The notes beneath the pieces were generated by a model. It saw only the letters and a list, made by a program, of their open reading frames with translations. It was not told the DNA's origin and ran no database searches. From Eledone cirrhosa (Eukaryota), in NCBI GenBank assembly GCA_964016885.1, contig OZ024743.1, positions 218,364,001 to 218,428,000 of the forward strand: a stretch of DNA of 64,000 bases, in the 5' to 3' direction. Of this stretch, positions 58,133 through 64,000 are shown piece after piece. Every line of letters begins with the position of its first letter. The stretch's first letter is position 1. The position numbers and the translations under genes were made by a program.

Positions 58133-59644
58133 TAATTTGCAGTTTACAAAAAGCTGCAATTCTTATTGTTACTTTATATATATAAATATATATACACGGT
58201 CACCCGACCAATGATCTTGCCTCAAGTGGGACAAACCCGTTTAACCCATGCTACCATGGAAGATAGACGTTAAACGATGATGATGATATATCTAGGGATT
58301 GTAACGTCCAGTTACTTTAGGTTCACTAAAGTGAACACTCAATGCGTAGTTTCCAATAAGTATAGAGGTGTAAAACTATATATATATTGTTTTTGTATTT
58401 GTTTTGCAAGATTATGTAAGGTGGTTGTTTGTGTGACACAACAAAAAGCACTCAGTTCACTCTGTTAGATGGTTGTGCTGGTGACATAACAAAATCTACT
58501 CTGTTATGTGTTCATGCTGGTGACATAACAAAATCCACCCTGTCAACCTGGTTAGATGGTCAGTTTGGTGCCACAATAAAAAGCACCCAGTCCACTCTGT
58601 AACTTGATTGGTGTTAGGAAGGGCATCCAACTGTAGAAGCCAAACCAAAATAGAGATTTGCATGAGCAAGATGTGTACCTGACCTGACTTATCTCATAAC
58701 GTGACAATTCATCTTACCCATGCAAGTGTGGAAAATGGACGTTAAATGATGATGATGTGTTTAAACTGCTGTAAGGTTAACTTTGTCTTTTATTCCTCAG
58801 GGCTTGATAGAATAAGTACGTATCGTGGCCAAGTGGTTAAGAATTTTATTTTGCAATGATAATGTCTTAGGTTCCAGCATGCTACATGACATTTTGAATG
58901 AATAACTTTTGCCACAATCTCAGATCAACTCAGGGTGAAATTGTATAGACAGAGAATGTATAGAAGCCTATTGGCTTGTTAGTACATGTCATTCAGCGGT
59001 GTAACCTTGTTATATATTGTGTCATACTGATTCTGCATGAGAATTGTTTGGGGTGCACATAATATGGAATGATCAGGCACTTACACATACCGTTAAAAAG
59101 TAGATAGAGCACTTGCTTGACACAACTGAACACTTGTCATCAACAATGAAAGAAGATCTATCATTGATTTCATTAAGTATACGGTTGCTCTGATTATTAG
59201 TAGTCTTGTGTGCCACTCAGTGAACTGATGACATGCAATATATGCTCATCCAAGCTGAGCACCTAGCCTCTCTCAGTTCGAAGACTGATCTGTGTGGTAA
59301 AGTGCCACATCATTCACAAGGTGCCTCTGTTGTGGCTATCGTTGAATAGCCTAGTAGAACAGGTCGGATCTAGAGGAGTAATGCCTCAATAGAAATCCTG
59401 CTTGTAAGCAGTAAGTCATGTGATGATCATCAGTTTAATTAGATGACCTCGGCATTGTGAACACCAGTGGCTTTGCAGATGATTGACTATTAATTCAACA
59501 ATGGGTTGGCACAACTGCTCCATATAGCCATTAGAAATAGCAAATGCTTCACCTTCAATGGAGGGGTGACTCAAGAAGAAGGTGTGTGTATGTGTAAGAA
59601 GTTGGGGTTTCTATTAATCATGTACTTAATGTTGTTGTTTTCAG

Positions 59645-59762
59645 TACGATTGACAACAATGCCATCTACGATGACCTGGACACAGAAGAAAAAGACGCAG
59701 AAGAGAAATATTTTGACAATGAGGAACCACAGATTCTGTATGATAACACCAACTGTACATAA
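59645..59762 (+). CDS. CCDC97: CCDC97-like last coding exon (STIDNNAIYDDLDTEEKDAEEKYFDNEEPQ...*)
   Basis: ttttcag acceptor; phase 2 matches 16761 (AG+T = Ser); matches the CCDC97 C-terminal pattern D.N..D.LD...D.EE.YFD.EEP; TAA at 59760-59762. Confidence 0.9.
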
Positions 59763-61220
59763 ATAAGGCAGCTTTTGACACAGTTGTTGACTAAACCTGG
59801 GTATAACCTTGTCTGACTGACATGAGGAAGATGAGAGAAAGGGAAGCATGTTGTTGAAGTATTATATTCATTAAAGATATTGCAGAGAGAAGAAAGGTCA
59901 GTGAATGAAGAGGTTTATAAAGGTATGAAAAGAAGTGGTCATCATCATCATCATAGAAGCAATGTTAAAAAGAAATGAATATACATGACAGTGGCTGGCA
60001 GAATCAGTGGAGCATCAGAGGAAATATTTTGTGGTGTTTGGTTCTGTTCTGAGTTCAAATCCTGCCCACATCAATAAATTAAGTAAGAATCAATAAAATA
60101 ATGGTTTCTACATTTGGCACAAGGCCAGCAATTTGAAAGGAAGAGGAAAGTCGATTAAATCGACCCTAGTGCGTGACTGTTACTTTATTTTATCGACCCC
60201 TTAAGGATGAAAGGCACAGCTAACCTCACCAGGATTTGAACTCATAATGTAAAGAATCAATAAAATAATACTTATAAGAAGGTGTCACTGTAACTGACAA
60301 TAAATAACCCTAGAAGGCGGTGACCCAGTATTACTACAGTTGAATGACTAAAACATAGAAATGAATACAGAGAGAATGAAAGAGTTAGAACAGTTATTTT
60401 CAATAAGTTAAAGAGTTATAGCAGATTTTGTGTAGGAATGATTGTATAATATAGAGTGAAAGAGTTACAGCAGATTTTGTAAAGATATGGATATGTAATA
60501 TAGAGTTAAGGAAAGAGTGAAAATTACAAAGAATGGCAATTCCACAAACCAAAGATTTTATCTTATTTCTATTGTCCATAAAATATTTTTAAACAATTGT
60601 TTCTTTTTTTCTTCTTTTTCCATTTTTCTTTCATTTTTCAATATAAATTTTTTTATGTTTTATCGATTTTTTTTTTCCCTTTAAGTTTAAAAAAAAACAT
60701 TATAATTTACTTAATACTCGGAAGTTTTTTTTTTTCAATCAAAACCTCAAAGTAGAGTAGTAAGTTACATTAAATTTGTCAGCATATAATTATGATTATA
60801 TGTGTGTGTATGATCATCATCTTCATTATCATCATCTAACATCAAGTCAATACTTAATCAGAACTACTGACATATCAGACTGGCTGGAGGCCCATATCTC
60901 GCTTACATTCATTTCCACAGTGTACCAAGGGAGAGTGCCAAACCTTTAACACAGTGGAAGAGTCCTCCTGACCGTTTATTTGGCAGTTTTTGTATCATTG
61001 GATGCCCTTCCTGCTACCAACCACTTTGCTGAGTGTATTGGGTGTGTTCATTGTGTAGATCACCAACACAAGAGAGGTTGTCATGCCCTTGGTACAATTG
61101 AAATGTTCTCTCTTCAAATAAATTTCATTCCCATGGGGGGAAATAGATGTAAAAAGTAATAAAAAATTTTAAAATAGCATTCTTTTAATTTCATGAATCA
61201 TAATGTAGTCATAAATAGAT

Positions 61221-61420
61221 TATGAAGGTCGGCTGAAAAGTTCATAGGCTGACCAAGATAATCTTATGTAATAACCAAATGAGATTTATTTTTCAATAGT
61301 CCCTGAAAAGAAACAATGCAGTTATTAATAAGAAGAGTTGTAATGAATGCATGCAAAATGTCACTGCTCTAGTATTGATCCTTCGTAGTCAGTCTATGAA
61401 CTTTTCAGCTGACCATTGTA
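61221..61420. mobile_element. Tc1/mariner-type MITE (a single related TIR also at about 505-545)
   Basis: ggtcggctgaaaagttcataggctgac / gtcagtctatgaacttttcagctgacc; TA ends. Confidence 0.75.
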
Positions 61421-61426
61421 TTTTGT

Positions 61427-61658
61427 TTAACCCATTTGAAATCAAAATGGCCTTTGGTTCTATGAAACAAAACCACTCATTTTAAAGCATTCCTATTTAA
61501 ATTAAAACCTAATATAATTTGATATAAGAACCTTTTGTTAAGTTTTGTTGCAAATAACTTAATCAATTAACAATTTTAGTAAAAGTTAACAAATTTTTCA
61601 TTAATTCATTGAAATATCAAAGATTTGATTATTAGAAATTTGGCAACGAAAGGGTTAA
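61427..61658. mobile_element. Decayed piggyBac-like MITE
   Basis: ttaaccc ... gggttaa termini with weak TIR. Confidence 0.45.
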
Positions 61659-62012
61659 ACATTGATTCCTTACAACAATGCAGTAAACTAACTTCTGTAG
61701 AAGACATTACACATTAGTTTGAAGCAGCATTAACCCAATAATATCTCTTGTTAATAATTCTTCACACTTTAAATATGTGCTCATATGAGAAGAAAATGAC
61801 AAAATTGAAAGCTTGTAAGGATTCTTTATATTTCAACAACATTATTGCATGCAAGCAATTATAATATCTGATGGTTGATGCAAAATTATTGACATTTGTA
61901 TAATTCATATGGATTCTTTTACTGAGATCATAACCATGATGGCACACCACCTTCAAAAGTTTTAGCCATCAAATCAACCTCAGTACTTCAGTTTGCTACT
62001 CATTTCATCATT

Positions 62013-62315
62013 GTGATGCACATGGATGATAGTCACTGGGTGAAGAGGTGCCAGGAGATCCCAGTGGAGGGAAGTTGTAGTAGAGGTAGACCAAAGAAGA
62101 CCTGTGCAGAGGTGGTGAGAACTGATCGCAAATCCCTGAGACTCACTAAGGAGATGATGAAGGAATGTGGCAAATGGAGAGATGCTGTGCTGAGAATAAC
62201 TCATCCAACATATGCTCTTATCTACAAGAGCAGAATTCCAAATAAAAACTGACTTGGATCATATCAACCTGTCCAACCCATGCCAAAAGGGAAAGCACAT
62301 ATAAAAGGATGATGA
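62013..62315 (+). mobile_element. Decayed RTE-A-like 3' fragment
   Basis: MDDSHWVKRCQEIPVEG..RGRPKKT..WRDAVL; gatgatga tail. Confidence 0.75.
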
Positions 62316-62549
62316 TATATAAAGTAGGCTTAAGCACAACTTTCATCTACAAATTTCATTGATAAGAATTGTTTGACCCATGTCTATTGTAAAAGTGACT
62401 TGCCCAATGGTCAATGCGGTACTATCTATCAAACCTGAAACCACATGGTTTCAAAGCAAACATCTTAACTATACAGCTTTAACTGTGCCAGTATATGTGT
62501 GTGTATAAAAAAAAAAATTATTAATTTGCACCCAACATATTCTAAGAAG

Positions 62550-62804
62550 TTCATCAGGCCAGTGTTTCTCCCGGTTTCCATGGCGTGAAGCGACTGAGAG
62601 TACAACACTCCCCCTGGACAAGACGCCAGTCCATCACAGGATTAAACCCCCAGCTATTGCTGGAACTCATTTTCAGCTGAGTATACTGGAGCAACATGAA
62701 ATGAAGTGTTTTGCTCATGAATACAACAATCCAGTCCAGGAATCAAACCCACAACATTGTCATCGTAAGTCTAACACCCTAACCACTATGCCACACACTT
62801 CCAC
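62550..62804 (-). mobile_element. tRNA-derived SINE (head related to 8864, different 3' part)
   Basis: Minus strand reads TGGCATAGTGGTTAGGG...GGTTTGATTCC, gagcaaaacactt, ctccagtatactcagctg. Confidence 0.7.
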
Positions 62805-63488
62805 TACCCAACATATTCCTTAGTTTTAAATATGTCAAAAAAGACCAATAAATATTTGTTTCTGTAGTAATTTAGGTGGTACAGGGTTAATATGTTACTG
62901 GAACTTATTTTGATGACAACCAGGTGAATAAAATGAAGGAATAATTTTGGCAAAATTTCAACTGGGAACTGACGAAGACAAAACTAAATACTTTAATGCA
63001 TTTAGTCTTGCACACTTTATTATTTTGACACAATCTTCACCTCTTTTGTAGCAAGTTGAAATATTGGTGCCACTTTTATTTTTCAGCTGAGAGTTTATCA
63101 TTTGGAAACAGTATTCAGCTGTTAGTTAACACTGCATACCTTGTTCCAATATTTATGTAAAAATAAAATACACAGAAATAACTATAAAAATTTTATATCT
63201 CTATTGATTGCAGTAAACAAAGAAAACTATGTGGTCTTTATATAACTTATTGTTTATGATTTATTTAGCTTCTAGCTACTCTTTGATTAGTTTCAGTAAT
63301 TTGACAGTGGCCATATTGGAGCAGAACCTTGCTTTCAAAAGAGTTGTTCCGATGATATCAATACAAGAAAGGAGAGGAGAAAGGATGAGATAACAGCAAG
63401 ACAGAAACATGTGGATTGTTGTCATATTTCAAGAAATATACAATACCCTGCCAACATGGGAACAAAAATACTAAAATAATAATAATAA

Positions 63489-63528
<40 letters not shown>

Positions 63529-64000
63529 GAGGAGGGCGACCGTGTTATTTTGCTAAATATTAAAGGTGTGACCACTAAGATGAGAATCAATCTTTACATT
63601 AGAAACTATATGCACAAGAACAATGAAGTAAAAAATGTTAAGTGTCTTGACAATGAAGTAGTAGTTGATCTTAGTTAAAAGTTTCTGACCTTTCTGTGAA
63701 AAGAGCTCATACTTAGTTCTTGTTTCTCATTAAATAAGATTTACCATTTATCTATTAACTATAACTTACACTTCTGTTGTGCATGATAAATCACATCATC
63801 ATTGTGCTGGGATGCAGTCCCACTATCTTTCATTAGATTTTGGAAGGATACCCAATGCTCATCCACTCATGTGGCAGTTCTTACATGAGGAATTTGCTGG
63901 AAGGCAACCCGGAGTGTCACAGATAATTCTTGGCAAGTTTCAACAGCTATTTTACTACTAACTTGTTAGTCAACTAGGGAGAGTTACCATAAAGTTGCTA

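Noticed and set aside
59506-59766. ORF-track 86-aa ORF as the terminal exon
   Set aside because: Wrong frame; the conserved CCDC97 C-terminus is in the frame starting at 59646

Overview
Eukaryotic, AT-rich animal DNA. The tRNA/Nin-type SINEs, RTE LINEs with (GAT)n tails and very long (TA)n tracts suggest a mollusc, probably an octopus (inference). One host gene spans the window on the + strand: a CCDC97-like gene with coding exons at 5345-6118, 7965-8010, 16647-16761 and 59645-59762. Its last intron (about 42.9 kb) holds a roughly 40-kb nest of retroelements inserted into (TA)n. The nest contains three RTE-clade LINE families with a PHD finger inside the RT (one copy has an intact 1039-aa ORF), a near full-length Penelope-like element (PLE; RT + GIY-YIG) with an inverted 3' copy, and a second PLE endonuclease fragment. 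The most interesting signal is two related families of about 470-490-bp tandem non-coding units, each unit carrying a minimal type I hammerhead ribozyme (retrozyme-like). One array is fused directly to the PLE 3' end. The families share an octamer-containing upstream block and a common 3' end point. Several other small inserts carry hammerheads or fold-back hairpins. ORF-track entries made of YIYI repeats are microsatellite artefacts. All structures were read by eye; no searches or folding programs were run.
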